This document shows positions 38,493-52,049 of a DNA stretch of 64,000 bases, one piece after another. The notes beneath the pieces were generated by a model. It worked only from the letters and a program-made list of their open reading frames with translations. It searched no databases and was not told the DNA's origin. The DNA is taken from positions 73,594,001-73,658,000 of the forward strand of contig NC_043002.1 in assembly GCF_006345805.1 (NCBI RefSeq). Reading direction: 5' to 3'. The DNA is from Octopus sinensis. Lineage: Eukaryota. Within the stretch, counting starts at the first letter, position 1. Each line of letters starts with the position of its first letter. The position numbers and the translations under genes are program-made.

Positions 38493-39119
38493 CTGAAAAA
38501 GATATATAAAACTTATTAAGGAAAAAATTATTGTATATATTGTCAAAATGATTTTGTGTGTGTGTATCGTTGCTATTATGTTAAACTGTCATATGTCCAA
38601 ATTTGGCCAAATGCATTTATTTTCAATATTTATTTTTGCCTGCAATAGCCAGTTCTTTTGGTCAAACTATCATATCTCTAGATGCTTCAGATGCCAAGCT
38701 ACCAAAAATTGTCAAAGTGTAGTACAACAGTTTTGCTATGGAATAGTGAAACTATTTTTCCATTTACTGAAAAAGCAACATTTTGGACTTACAACACTTT
38801 TGCATAATAGCAACGATATATATTTCTATCTGCTATGAGATAGGAGCAGTGTGATTACTAAATGTTTAAAATGTTAGACATATTTTCCTTTACGACTATA
38901 GTTCATGTCATGCTGTCAGGTAAGGTAGGTCAGTCAAGATGTAATCTAAGAATTAAAATTACATTTAATTTGTGCCTCTATAATTAGTATTATGCACTCC
39001 AAAAAATTCTTGATATTGATGTTTGCATGGAGTTGAAATGCAATAGAATATTTACACTAAAATGTTTCTAATATTAAACCAAGGAGTCTAATTTCATAAT
39101 GAGATTAAATACATATAGA

Positions 39120-39615
39120 TGTGACTCCACGAAAGAAGAGTCACATGGTATGGCCATGTAATGTGTATGAATGAAGACAGTTGCATCAAGAAATGTCAGT
39201 CTCTTATTGTAGAGGGAACATGTGGAAGGGATAGACCCAGGAAGATGTGAAATGAAGTGGTAAGAAAGGATCTACAGAAGAGATGACAGGGAGCTGAAAC
39301 TCCTGGCAGTTTGCTGTGCTTGAAAAGATACGTCAAATGAAGTAAAAGCATGTTTGTCCTTGCATACAGGCTAACCTCTGATCCCTCTCCAGCTGAGCAT
39401 TTCTAACCTTGCAGGGTTGTGGGTGCTGGTGCACATAAATGCACCAGTGCCAGCACCCAGTACACTCTGTAAAGTGGCTGGCATTAGGAAGGGCATCCAG
39501 CTGTAGAAACCATGCCAAAACAAGACAGGGAGCCTGAGCAGCTCTTCAACTATCAAACAATCCAATCAATGCCAGCATGGAAAATGGACATGTGATGATG
39601 ATGATGATGATGATA
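39120..39615 (+). mobile_element. RTE-clade LINE 3' end with (GAT)n tail; related 3'-end copies at ~35230-35560, ~40440-40930 (-), ~41080-41380 (-), ~57385-57800
   Basis: WYGHV-like segment followed by AGGAAGGGCATCCAGC...CATGGAAAATGGAC-(GAT)n. Confidence 0.6.
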
Positions 39616-41686
39616 GACAAACTTTTTTCTAATTCCCAGTGGCACTTGAGAAATATACTTACTTCATGAGCAGAAATAGAGTATATAGGTACTCAAAAAT
39701 CTACTTGTAAGCAACAAGTACAAAACAGATGTCTCATCAATTAACAGATAGCAATGATTAAATGTACACCTATAGTCCAACTGTGATAAATGGACAGACG
39801 AATTCATGAAATTAATTCCATACAGCTTACGAGATGGAGTTGATGTAGTTTCTGCTATTTAGCAAGCAAACTTTGAACTGGAGTTGATTGTAGAAAAGGA
39901 TAGTAGCAAGAGAGCAAGAAAGCATAACAGGATGTTTAAGAAATTATTTCCACTGTTAGCTACCAAAGGATATATCTCCCTGTACAAAGTGCAAACTGTA
40001 TAAAGCAGGCATGCTAATGTTGCATTGAACTGAGAGATTGAGGGACTGAATGACATAAATTTGAAGAGGTCGATGAAAAATAAGATGAATAAGGTAACTT
40101 GAATGCATAATGCTATCATGCATGAAAGGCAAAGCACAGCTAATGAGCTAAGAGAGTAACTGGGCTTTAATAGCATCAACCAATTGTGTTGGTATGGACA
40201 TGAGTTTGTTCATTCATTTTATTCTCCATCTTCCATTTCATGCTGGAATGGATCGAATAGGGACTTTTTTGAGTCACCAACCATTACCAGTTTTTCAAGC
40301 AAAGGATTTTTTTTCTTTTTTAGAGTTTATTCTGCATGTCTTCAAAAGCACTGAAAAACCAGTCATAATATCAACAAGAAATGTAAAGTTATATCACTGT
40401 TTCACTGAGCCAGTGAGAAGCAATACCATGAAATGTCAATCATCATCATCATCATTTAATGTCCGTTGTCCATGCTGGCATAAAAAGTTTGACCAGGGCT
40501 GGCAAGCTGGAAAGCTGCACCAAACTCCAGTCTGATTTGGTCTGATTTGGCCTGGTTTCTATGGCTAAATATCTTTCCTAACACCAACCACTCCAAGAAT
40601 GTAATGGGTGCTTTTATGTGCCACTGACACAGGTGCCATTTGCATGACACCAGTATCTGCCACAACTGTGATTTTACTTGGCTTGATGGGTCTTCTTCCC
40701 AAGCACAACATAATGCCAAAATCTTGGTCATTTGTCATTGCCTCCATGAGGCCAATACTTGAAAGGGGGCTTTTTATATGTCACTGGCATTGGCCACTTT
40801 GCCTCTGTGAGGCCCAACACTCAAAAGGTGCTTTTTACATGCCAGTCACATGACACCAGCATCAGCCATGACTACAATTTCACTTGGCTTGACAGGTCTT
40901 CTCAAACACTGCATATCACCAGTACAAATACACATACAAGCTTCTTTATAGTTTCAATCTATCAAATTTTCTCACAAGACATTGATTGACTTAGGGCTAT
41001 GCTAGAAGGTGCTGCTCAGTGGAACTGATCCTGAGACCACATAGTTACAATATTAACTTCTTAACACACAAACTTGTCATCATCATCATTGTTTAGCGTC
41101 CGTTTTCCATGCTAGCACGCATTGGACAGTGTGACCGGGGCCTGGGAAGCCAGGAGGCTCCAGTCTGATCTAGCAGTGTTTCTACAGCTGGATGCCCTTC
41201 CTAATGCCAACCACTCCGTGAGTGTAGTGGGTGCTTTTTATACACCAGGGGAGGCTGGCAGCAGTCACGATTGGTTGGTGCTTTTTATGTGCCACTGGCA
41301 CAGGTATCACAACTACAATTTCCATTTGATATTTATTTTGATGTTGATGTACTTGACTCAATAGGTCTCCTCAAGCACAGCAGGTCGTGTGCCACCGTAC
41401 TTACACAAATGCTTAACGCTCAGCAGATAAAGATTAAAGATATGAAAAGTGGTAAAGCTGGGTCTCAAGATGTTGTAAATGAAATGGCTCAGTATCAAAA
41501 AATAATATGCTATATAGCAAGTTAATCTAGTTCATACTAACATGAAAATAAACTGATGGTAGTGGCAATAACCAGATCTAAGAAGTGTGGAATCATAGTA
41601 TATAGAAAAAATTTTGTTAAAAAATGACGAGTGATAAATGGTAGTTAATAGATTTTCAAGTAGACAGACTTCAAAATATTACTTAC

Positions 41687-41770
41687 TCAAAAACTTCTAA
41701 TGGTACTTGTACATCATGCATCTGTCCTTTTAACTTGTCAATTTCTTGCATACCTGTCACCATAGAATGG
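41687..41770 (-). CDS. MED10: Mediator subunit 10, exon 2
   Basis: TTACCAG|c-HSMVTGMQEIDKLKGQMHDVQVPLEVF-ga|GTAAGT, 84 nt, phase 2 to 2. Confidence 0.96.
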
Positions 41771-42031
41771 CTGGTAACACAATGAAAAGAAGAAAAAAAT
41801 ATTTTAAATATATAATTAGATTGTTGTTATGCAGTCAAGTGATGGTGATATTCCTTTATACTGGGGCAAGAGATGAGGCATCCTGGAAAAATCAAGATCA
41901 AAGTTTTGGTCTTCTATTTAAAAGCAAATGAATGAGATTAAGGAAAATTTTGTAGCCACTTCTGAGAGGCTAGAAATATTAGCAAGTAAAAAAAGATAAA
42001 ATTTCAAAGTAAAAGTACTGTAACTAAAATA

Positions 42032-42161
42032 CAGGGGTTGGCAAAAGTATGTATATTGTTGCTTAAAATAAATGGAATGTTCTTTTCATTTCTCTATTTC
42101 TTTTTTAGGATAAGAATTCCACTCATATAAGCAACTATATACCTACATTTGCCCACCCCTG
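42032..42161. mobile_element. Tc1/mariner-type MITE in MED10 intron 1
   Basis: TA-CAGGGGTTGGCAAA ... TTTGCCCACCCCTG-TA terminal inverted repeats with TA duplication. Confidence 0.6.
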
Positions 42162-42954
42162 TATTTATTACTATAACATACATCAAAGGAGTTATTAGCC
42201 AAATATTAGCTCTATATGATCACTCACCCTGCTAGAAGTAGCAATAATGCCTACAGGTGTTGCAGCTTCTAGTGTCTGGAGATTCCAAGATATTTCTTGA
42301 GAAAGATGGAGCAATGGTTTCTACTGCTCTCCCAGCTTACCCTTGAGACACAGGGCCTATTAACTCAGGGGTAGGGGGATTTGTTCGTGTGACATCAAGT
42401 CATGTTCACATGACTTGTATATGTATGTGTGTTATACGTGTATGTGTGTTATACGTGTATATGTATGTGTGTGTGTGTGTGTGTTTGTCCCCCCAACATC
42501 GCTTGACAACCGATGCTGGTGTGTTTACGTCCCCGTAACTTAGCGGTTCGGCAAAAGAGGCCGATAGAATAAGTACTAGGCTTACAAAGAATAAGTCCTG
42601 GAGTTGATTTGCTCGACTAAAAGGCGGTGTTCCAGCATGGCCGCAAGCAAATGACAGAAACAAGTAAAAAAAAAAGTATCAAATTCATTGAACTTTTCAC
42701 GAATTTCCAGATGAGAGAAAAAGCAACCAATACCAAGCAACTTTCATCTCTTTTACACATGAGCTTCGTGCTTGACAATGAAAAAAAAAAAGAAAAGAAT
42801 CAAATTATTCCCAGGCAAGATTTATTTACTTTAAAAACTAGATCTTACAAACACTGGTATTTGATGTTACCTTCCCACGCTAGCAATTGCTCTAATCACT
42901 TTCACTCTGAAAATAAAATAATCTTTCTTTCTCTCCCCTTACTTTCTCTTATCC

Positions 42955-42998
<44 letters not shown>

Positions 42999-43200
42999 AA
43001 TTCCAACTTTGTCTGTTTCTTTTATGTTTTATTTATATTCTTTATAATATTAATGTAGAATATAGAATATATAGTATATATAGTAAAATGAAATGAAGTA
43101 TTGATTGTCTTATTGAATAGATGAAATATTGTATGTCAAATATTAAGGGACTAGTATACTTTCTTGCATTTAAACAGTCTTCAAGGTCCCATGTTGTGAC

Positions 43201-43248
<48 letters not shown>

Positions 43249-43795
43249 ATATATATATACAGGAATCATATATATGTGATTCATACAACAAATCATACCC
43301 TTTGGCAGAAATTCTCACATGAACGTCCAGTTTTACTTTAATATGTTTTGTTGTTTCAAACATTGCGTATGACCAACTAATACGAGTGAAACAGACGTTT
43401 ATCTAATTATGTAAGGAGTAGGCAATAAATAATTGCGATTTATTTTGTTTTGATTACAAATAACTTTTTTTTTAAATAATCGTTCAGATCTTTGGTTTTA
43501 AATGTATATATTTAATCATCCTCGATTATTGCACACTTTTTCTTTTTTTTATTTAGTATATTTTACTTTATATAATTTATTTTAAACTGCAGAATAATTT
43601 CTTGCATTTAAACATAAAAACCTCGTATAGATCCACCCTGATAATCCTTAGAAATAGTTTTATAAATATAGAATATATATATATATATATAATTGGAACT
43701 GTTATACACGGAGACGTAGTATATGACAACACGGCGTTAGACAAGTATCATATATGTTAATTATAAATGTCACATAACAGATAAAATGTACTTAC

Positions 43796-43926
43796 AGTTT
43801 TTGATTTAGTAAGTTTTGGCCTTGTTGTTGAAAGTCTGAAACTATTATACTAATTTGTCGAGTTGTTTCAATAAATGTTTCTAGCTGATGTTCCAAAGAC
43901 TCGAAACGTTCCGTTTTGTCTGCCAT
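43796..43926 (-). CDS. MED10: Mediator subunit 10, exon 1
   Basis: MADKTERFESLEHQLETFIETTRQISIIVSDFQQQGQNLLNQK-ct|GTAAGT. The four exons total 414 nt, giving 137 aa plus stop. Confidence 0.96.
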
Positions 43927-44462
43927 ATTGACTGGAAGATAATCGGTGTTTCACAAAATTTGAATCACGTTATTAAATATCCTGATTGATTGTTAAAATT
44001 TGGATATAAGATACAGCACACGTACGTACAAGATTTAGTTTATAGCATAAATTTATTAAACTTCAGTATCTTTAACATCAATTTCTTTTAATGTTTTAAT
44101 TCATAGAAATGTTCCAAGTTCATATTATAATATCAACTTGTATTTCCTAGGAAAGTATACTAGTATACATGCTGATATTATAGATAGTTTCCCTTTCTTT
44201 TAAAGCATAGACTTTATACACAAGAATTACTTAATAGTTTTCCACGCTAGGGTTTTTTTCCTATTTTATGTAAAACATTTAGGAGATTATTTTCTTTTAA
44301 CTGGGGAGTGATTGCTTGTTTAGTCCTAAATTATAGGTGTTACTTCAACATCTCTAGCCTGGTCGCAAGTACACCGCTAAGCCCACTAGATCCCATCGAG
44401 TAGCCTCCCTTTAATTCATGTGACAGTTTCCTAGTCATTTCTTGGAGTGGAATCATTTCACG
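43927..44462. promoter_or_regulatory. Putative bidirectional promoter and 5' UTRs shared by MED10 and VPS16
   Basis: Only 536 bp separate the divergent ATGs, and I saw no repeat in the interval. Confidence 0.7.
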
Positions 44463-44506
44463 ATGGCTACTGCCAACTGGAATCCGCTCGGAGATGAGTA
44501 TTATCG
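44463..44506 (+). CDS. VPS16: Vacuolar protein sorting 16, exon 1
   Basis: MATANWNPLGDEYY-cg|GTAAGT versus recalled human MDCYTANWNPLGDSAFYR. In-frame TGA upstream at 44421. Confidence 0.93.
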
Positions 44507-47500
44507 GTAAGTTTCTTTTTTTAATAATATTTCTTTCTAGTTTGTGCATATGTTTCGGTATTTGAATATATTTATTTATCCTTCAAATTTTATTTCTGTT
44601 ATTACTTGAAGATCCACATTGTTTATCTTAAGTTTCTGAACAAAATGGGTGTTTATATATTTTTTAAGGTTTGTATTTCCCTCTTTAAGGATAGGTTTTT
44701 TATCACGAAATCTCCAATACTGCTCAAGTAATATCATTTGATTATCTAAATCTTCATTATCGATTGCAAGCACTACTTAAAAACATCAAATCACAAAAGT
44801 AATGTTAAACCCCTCTATAATTAATGCAATATTTTGGTTTCAAATATATGTATGCCGATATGATGTTGATTCGGTCTAGATTTTAAAAGTTTATATCTCT
44901 TTAAAGAAGAAAATGTATTTCTTTAACTAATACTATTGATACAGGATGTGGGAGGGTTAAATGCAAAATTTTTATTCTCTCTGTTTTTCTTGATTTAAAC
45001 ACATTCACATTTAATGGTAGCAATTTTGGCTCAAAGTGCAAACAGTTGTTTACTATGTGTTTTAACAATTCATTCATAAACTTTGCTTGGATGTTGAAAA
45101 ATTCAAGTGAAGTCTATCGAAAAATTGGCACAACTTCGTATTTTTTACAAATATGTCGCTATTTCTCATTTCTTAATTTAGTTCCTGATAGGAAATAATT
45201 ATGCCCAAACCTTAATCTCTAACAGGTTCCTGGTTTGCTTTGTCAACAGACTATAAATATATGCAGAAACTATGCAAATTGTTCTGCTCATCCTTATTGA
45301 CAATATCTAGTATTATTCGCCTGAAGATTCTGTCTGTCTCTCTACACAGTTAATAAATGTATGGTTTCAGACATCTTATTAATAAAACTAGTTATTCCGC
45401 GAGGATGCAAAGGAGCTTCTACGTAGCCTTTTGTTCGGCTAGAAAAAGCAGCTAAAGCTCCCTTAATCAAATTTATTATCTTACAGAAATTACACACGAA
45501 ATATTGTATACGTCATAGATAACCCTTACGAAGACGACATGATCACATATCTGCTCGATCAAATTGACCCGAGGACCAAACAGCAACAAATACCATTATA
45601 TATTTCCTTTATAGTGTCAAAAACACTTCACGCCTACTTTTACATGTGTGCATGTGCGCGACATCCGTTTACTGATCTAACAAGCAAATGTTTTTAATTC
45701 CCTGTCAACAGAGCCTCTACATAGGCACTCAACCCTCTGGAAATAGCAACCAAATCTTTCTGTAACCTGCCTCCGCTGTCTTAAGAAGAAGAACACATTA
45801 TAGAAAGTAGTTCTTGTAATAAAAGAATAAATAAATAAAAACTGAATGGTCACGATGGATCAAACTAAGGTGAAATAACAATGATGACGGTGCTTAACCT
45901 GTCCTTTAAATTCCCATTGCATAACCAGAGCATGTACCAGCTCCATGCCAGTTTCTTGATCTTCAAAAACTATTTCACTCTAATCCTTCTTATAACACAT
46001 ACTATTTAATTTGCCTTTCATTTGGCTTTAACCAAGTGCCTGGGAATAGGTGGTGCACTTGCACCCCTGAGATTTTATCGGGGTGCAAAATTCAATATTG
46101 CACCCCCTACTTACCTTTTCCTGGCTCAGAAAATAGGAACAAAGAACTAAAGTAAATAAAAAGAAAATGCCCCCAAATCCCTAGAAATATTGGCAGATTC
46201 ATCATGGAGCTGTCAGATATACATTCAGACTGAGTGAACGAAGAGGGCAGAGTGGTTCTTTGCTATTTAGTAGTAGTAGTAGTAGCAGCAGCAGCAGCAG
46301 TAGAATAGGATGACAATGGTGATGATGGATCTCTTGTGTTTTTCCGAAAATAATTTAAGTGGCCTGACTGGAGAAGAGCTGGAGACTTGTTTAATAGGTC
46401 AGCAATTGTTTATGTATTGAGAAATGACATCCAGTACTGATCTTGTTGTTGCTATTGATTATTTGTGGTAAGGGTTGTAGCGATTATGATAATGATGGGT
46501 TACTTGGGGTATTTCAAGGAAATGAGGAAGTGGATAGCTGAAATGTAAAATACCACAAGTGATCTATCATTATCATAATTGCTACTACCCTTACTATATT
46601 TGGCAAAAGAAATTTTTAAAAAATAGAACAACTTCTAGCTCTCACACAGTACCAACAGTTATTACCCCAGTGCACAACCACACCATTATTGTCATTAACC
46701 CACAAACTCAACTCAGTAATAATGCCAAATGTACATGGCCTTTTGCACTTCGCAAATCAAACAAAAGTATCATGCACAGTGAGAAAAGATAATATGTGAA
46801 GCTCTTGTAAAACGTGCCTGATCTCAGATATATTGGATGCAGAAGTACATTTGTTTGGTTTTGTACTACTCAGAACTAACAACAGAACAATGGAAACAAA
46901 GAGAAATAGCGATCTTTATCCAAGAAGACCTGGAAACAAATGTCCTCCTCTCTCACTCCAACACAGTGTGCGATATACCACTAGATATACCACCTTCGAA
47001 ATCACAAGCAAAATCACTTAATTGTACCAGTCTGATATTAAGAGGTCCTCAACTGTTCAACTTCCTGCCTAAAGTAATCGGAAATATAAAAGAGACTTCT
47101 AAACTAACAATAATACTGGACTAGTCAGTCATTCAAGGATGCATTCAGAGAAGATCAGCTGTTACCAATCCAATCACAGAACAAATCTGAAAGAAAATAA
47201 ATTTAAGTGGTGCTCCACCATGGCTGCAGTCCTACAACTGAAACCTCCCAACTACATGGTTCTGGGTTCAGTCCCATTGCGTGGCATCTTGGACAAGAGT
47301 CTTCTGCTATAACTTTGAGTCAACCAAAGCCTTGACAGTGTATCTAGTAGAAACTGAAAGAAGCCCATCATGCATGTGTGCACACATGCACTCGTGTCTA
47401 TGCACTGTGTTTCAAATTATTAACATTTGTTTATTTTATTTAAAAACTACTCATTGGGATTCAACAAAATTTCCACAGAATGATGGCAATAATTATATAC

Positions 47501-48930
47501 ACATGGAGTGTAAAAAACGTGAGAAATCTCATATTACTTCTGAACTTACAGAAGGTAAATCAACATTAGAAATATCCAAAATAAATGGAAGGTATCACCA
47601 AATTGCTCTTACGAAGATAGAGAGTCGACAAGGGTCAGTTGAAGACTGTTTCTCAATGTTCTCTGTCACAAATTAAGCATGAAGCTGTAAAGAAGCCAGG
47701 TCTTACAAGTGGAGAACTTTTCAAGCTCTTTGGCAAAACAACTGTGTCCAGAACTATCTGATGTCATTTTCTGAAAAAGGTCGGTAAACCAGTGATGTCA
47801 GTTAAAAAGGCCTCCTTTAAACAAAATACGCATACAAAATCATCAAAATTATGCTGCTTTTGCCTTTGATTGTGCATGTACCATGAGCAGAAACATTTCA
47901 GACATACAAAAGAGATTAAAATACATGTTTCCTGGTACTTATTTTGTACACTGTGAAAACCACTCTCCGGACCTTGGACTCAAAGAAGTAAGGATCTACG
48001 GTTGCCATGGTCACTGATGCATTGAACTTTGTTCACTAAATCACCATCCTTCTGAAAGTGCTATGGACCTGTCTTTGTGATAAAAATGTCATCATGTTGC
48101 ATCAAGCAAGAGAATGTTCAGCACACTTTGATGTTTGAAGACCTGACTCCGAACTACAATGATGAAGCATCATCCGACACACTGTGCAGTAATGCATGTA
48201 CATAAAAACTTGTGCAATGAAAGCACTTTGGACATCCTCTTGGAAAGCTTCATCACCAAAACGAGCAAGTAAAGAATTATTTTTAGAGTGATTTGAAGCA
48301 TTACTTTTCCTTGTATAATAATATAATATATTGTTATACTTGTGTTTGTTTTGATATTAAGACTGTAAAAACATCAGCCTTGTTTGTAAAAAAAATTTGG
48401 GCCTGAGTTTGCATTCACTAACGAAATTTCATTCCTGGTCCACTGGTTTTAACCACAACAATTATATCTCTAACTCCATCACTTCTGGTCTTAATCTTTG
48501 TTGAGTTTTAGAATTTTGTAACTGCTTTTGTGCACCTTGTCCTTTGCTGTTAACTATGTCATTGTCTCAATTCACATTGCAATTATTGTGCACCCTTTGT
48601 TTATGCTGCCCACATGATATTGTGTTCCTATATACCAAGTACAACCGTATTCTTATACTGATAGGCCTTGAACATTCCTACTTATTTACATCGTATTTAT
48701 TACCTGAAACTCAAATCTATGCATCAAACCTACAGTCTTCTTTTGCAACCACCTACACTGAGTAGAAATATTTAGCATTCTCTAACATCAACATCACTCT
48801 CATAAATCCACATATTTGACATTTTCCATTATTGCATTCTTTCATTATCACCCAGTTCCTTATAAACTATAAACTGCACTCAGTTTTTAAATTCTTTTTA
48901 CTGTAAAACAAACTATTCTATTTTTTGCAG

Positions 48931-49025
48931 AAAAACAGAAATTTATACCATGGATTGGATCATCAATGGCAATGTGGACCTCTCCAAAAATAGAGTGGCT
49001 GCAGCCCCATTTGCTGGACCCATTG
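48931..49025 (+). CDS. VPS16: VPS16 exon 2
   Basis: TTGCAG|KTEIYTMDW...VAAAPFAGPI-g|GTGAG. Confidence 0.95.
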
Positions 49026-50173
49026 GTGAGCAGACACTTTTGAGAGTTGTCGGCAGTACTTGTCTGTCAATTATGAAAAATATTAAGGCAGTGTGCTGGC
49101 AGAAACGTTAGCATGCTGGGCGAAATGTTTAGCGGTATTTTGTCTGTCTTTACATTCTGAGTTCAAATTCCACAAAAGTTGACTTTGCCTTTCTTCCTTT
49201 CGGGGTTGATAAATTAAGTACCAGTTGCATACTGGTGTCAATCTAATCGATACCACCCTCCCCCAAAATTTCATCCCTTGTGCCTAGAGTAGAAAAGAAT
49301 ATTATATTTTTTTAAGGCGGTGAGCTGCCAGAAATGTTAGCACACCAGGCAAAATGTTTAGTGGTATTTCATCTATCTTTACGTTCTGAGTTCAAATTCC
49401 ACTGAGGTCAACTTTGCCTTTCATCCTTTTCGGGATCGATAAATTAAGTACCAGTTGCGTACTGGGGTTGATGTAATCGACTGCCCCCCCCCCCCAATAA
49501 AATTTCATGCCTTTTGCCTGAAGTATAAAAGAATTATGAAAAATATGTGCTTAAAAATGCCTTGTTTTATAGGCACAAAGCCACTCATTTGTAAGGATTA
49601 GAACTGTCAGTTGAACTGACCTTGTACACACCTGGAACTTATTTTATTTTTCTCTTGGTAATAAGTATTTATAAAACTACATACTGTGAAGTCCTGTGTT
49701 CTCACACCTTCACCTTTATGCACTTAATAGGTGTTGTGGAATACTAGACTAAATACTTTATAGTATCCAGTTTTTCTCTTTCAGTTCTGAGTTCAAATCC
49801 TATGACAGTCTTTTAGTAATAATTAGAGTCCTCTTTGCTGTAGTCCCACTCAATCAAAGGAGCTCTTAATCTTGCAAGCTGCATGGCAACCTTGCTGGTA
49901 TTGATGTCATGAAATAACCCTAACCTGGTACACTCCAGTAAAGTACTTGGCATTAGGGGCAGTATTCAGCCAGAGAAACTATTCCAAAGCAGACACTGGG
50001 ACATGAAACAGTACTTAAAGACTCATTGGATCCTGTCAAACCATCTATGCTATGCTAGGCATGGAATATGGACATTAAAAGACAATGACGAAATAAATCA
50101 AAAATATTAAATAGGGCATTCACTTAAGATCTATTAAATTTAATTTTTATAATATTCAGTTCACATATATTAA

Positions 50174-50322
50174 CCCTTTAACATTCTGATTACGCTGTTA
50201 AATGTAATACATATTTATTCACAGTATTTTTAATTAATTATGCATTATCTCATAGCTTGAAGATTTTGATAATGCAATTGTTTAAATTTAGAATGACATT
50301 GTACGGTATGTATGCTAAAGGG
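50174..50322. mobile_element. piggyBac-like MITE (similar copy 56025-56244)
   Basis: TTAA-CCCTTTA...TAAAGGG-TTAA termini. Confidence 0.55.
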
Positions 50323-51951
50323 TTAAATTTTATAAATTAACTAGTTGTAATTTAAGGACAAATACATCACATCTGATACATCTTCACATAAATATTACTA
50401 ATTTTCTAAGGAAATCTTTCATCTTATGTTTAAAAAAACTCAGATTTTCTTTTTTAATAATGAATGGTATGCCAGCCCATACTTGGAGTTGTAAACTTGA
50501 TTATAATATTTTCAACAGATGAAGCTTGTCAGTGGTTGGAAGTCAAATAGGAAATATCCTAAATCTTCCAGAAAAAAATTTTTAAAAACCATTAAGTGGA
50601 GAACTTACTGGAAATACTATTTTGTTATTGATAAAAATGAAACAATGAATTTCCAGTTAGAAAACAGAATCTACTTCCAGAAATGAAGAATACCAATGGC
50701 TTCGTCTTTATCAGTGACTATTAACACTGAATGGAGAGCAACAAGGGTGGCCAACACTCCAACTAACATTATTGATAGGCTTTTTCTTGAACATAATATC
50801 AACATTAAAATCAAAGTAAAAAAAATTATAGTTTCATTGATTCATGCTATAGATTTTCTATTCATATCACTGTAGTTAAGACAGGAAGAGTAAGCTTTAT
50901 TTATTAGTAAATTATTCTTGCTTGTACTTGTGTTAGCATTCAACCTCTGCTGCCACAAGCCAGGGAAAGGACAAGAGCTCCATTTGGATCAATCATGCAT
51001 GGTCAAGGTTCTGCTTCCTCTATATGTGCTTGTGGTCATGTCAGGAAATCTGCCTCACGACAAAATGCTATATTTATTAGGTGCTTGTCCAAACAGTTCT
51101 CCTCTATGCTTGTGAGACCTGACCATGTTGCTGATCTCCAGAAGCTGGAGGTCTTTGATTACTTCTGTATTCATCGTCTTCTCTGACTGCATACCTCAGA
51201 CTGTGTTTCTAACAAACAACTTGTTGCAGTCTCTCACCTCTTGAGGGAACTCTTCCGACAAGGAGACAGCAGTGGTTTGGTCACACGTTGCAATACTCCC
51301 ATACTGGACTCATTCAGCAGGCAATAGCAACAGATCTTCTCTGGGTTGACATAAGTGGAGAGGTGGTCAGCTGAAGGCATGGCTCACAACAGTCAAAGTA
51401 CTCATGGAGCTTGTTTCCAGCACTCAAGTCTTTGGCATTCATCACTGGAACCGGGAATGGCTTCAACACGCTGCAGAATCAGTCACCAATAGGCATGCAT
51501 GGACTGCTTTGACCTGTGACACGGTGAATTCAATTGGAGCTGGCTTAATAGACTCAATTGGAGTTGAGTGAATGCCATTACAAGATTTGTCCCAGTAGGT
51601 TTGAATTAGTTTCAACCAGTATGTTTACCGTGTCCCTCACGAATGCTGACCACATTCAACAGCTAGCCTTAAAGTTCCAGCTGTCAAAATAATGGTTCTG
51701 CCTGCAACCCAAAAATCCAGCTTGCAAATTTGACAAATGCCTCACAGGGAGAGCAAGTGCATTGTATTGTGCAGACACCGTAGCCATAGTCATCATTCAT
51801 TCTCGAGGTGTAGGGTTCATGTTTGGAGTTTCAGTGGCAATACAAGTTCACATTTGGTATTAGTAAATTAGTGTTTTTACAAATATTTAAAATGCAGAAT
51901 TTTTTTCTTCTTTCAGTAAAAAATTGTTACATCATATTTTTGTTCTTTTAG

Positions 51952-52049
51952 CCTTACTTCGGGATGATTCAAAAGTTGGTCGAGTTTCCAATACCAAACC
52001 AATTCTTTATATATACAATGCAGCTGGAAGAGAGATAAGTCACATGAGG
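51952..52049 (+). CDS. VPS16: VPS16 exon 3
   Basis: TTTTAG|ALLRDDSKVGRVSNTKPILYIYNAAGREISHMR|GTAAGT. Confidence 0.94.

Noticed and set aside
41271-41525. Plus-strand ORF with a protein-like stretch (IKDMKSGKAG)
   Set aside because: It resembles a decayed RTE reverse-transcriptase segment joined to a SINE inside MED10 intron 2.
43884-43912. CTGATG...GAAACGTT hammerhead-like string
   Set aside because: It lacks the complete core and stems I and II, and it is the antisense of MED10 exon 1 codons.
44340-44773. Minus-strand ORFs of 69 and 65 aa near the VPS16 start
   Set aside because: They overlap VPS16 exon 1 and intron 1 in antisense, with no splice or homology support.
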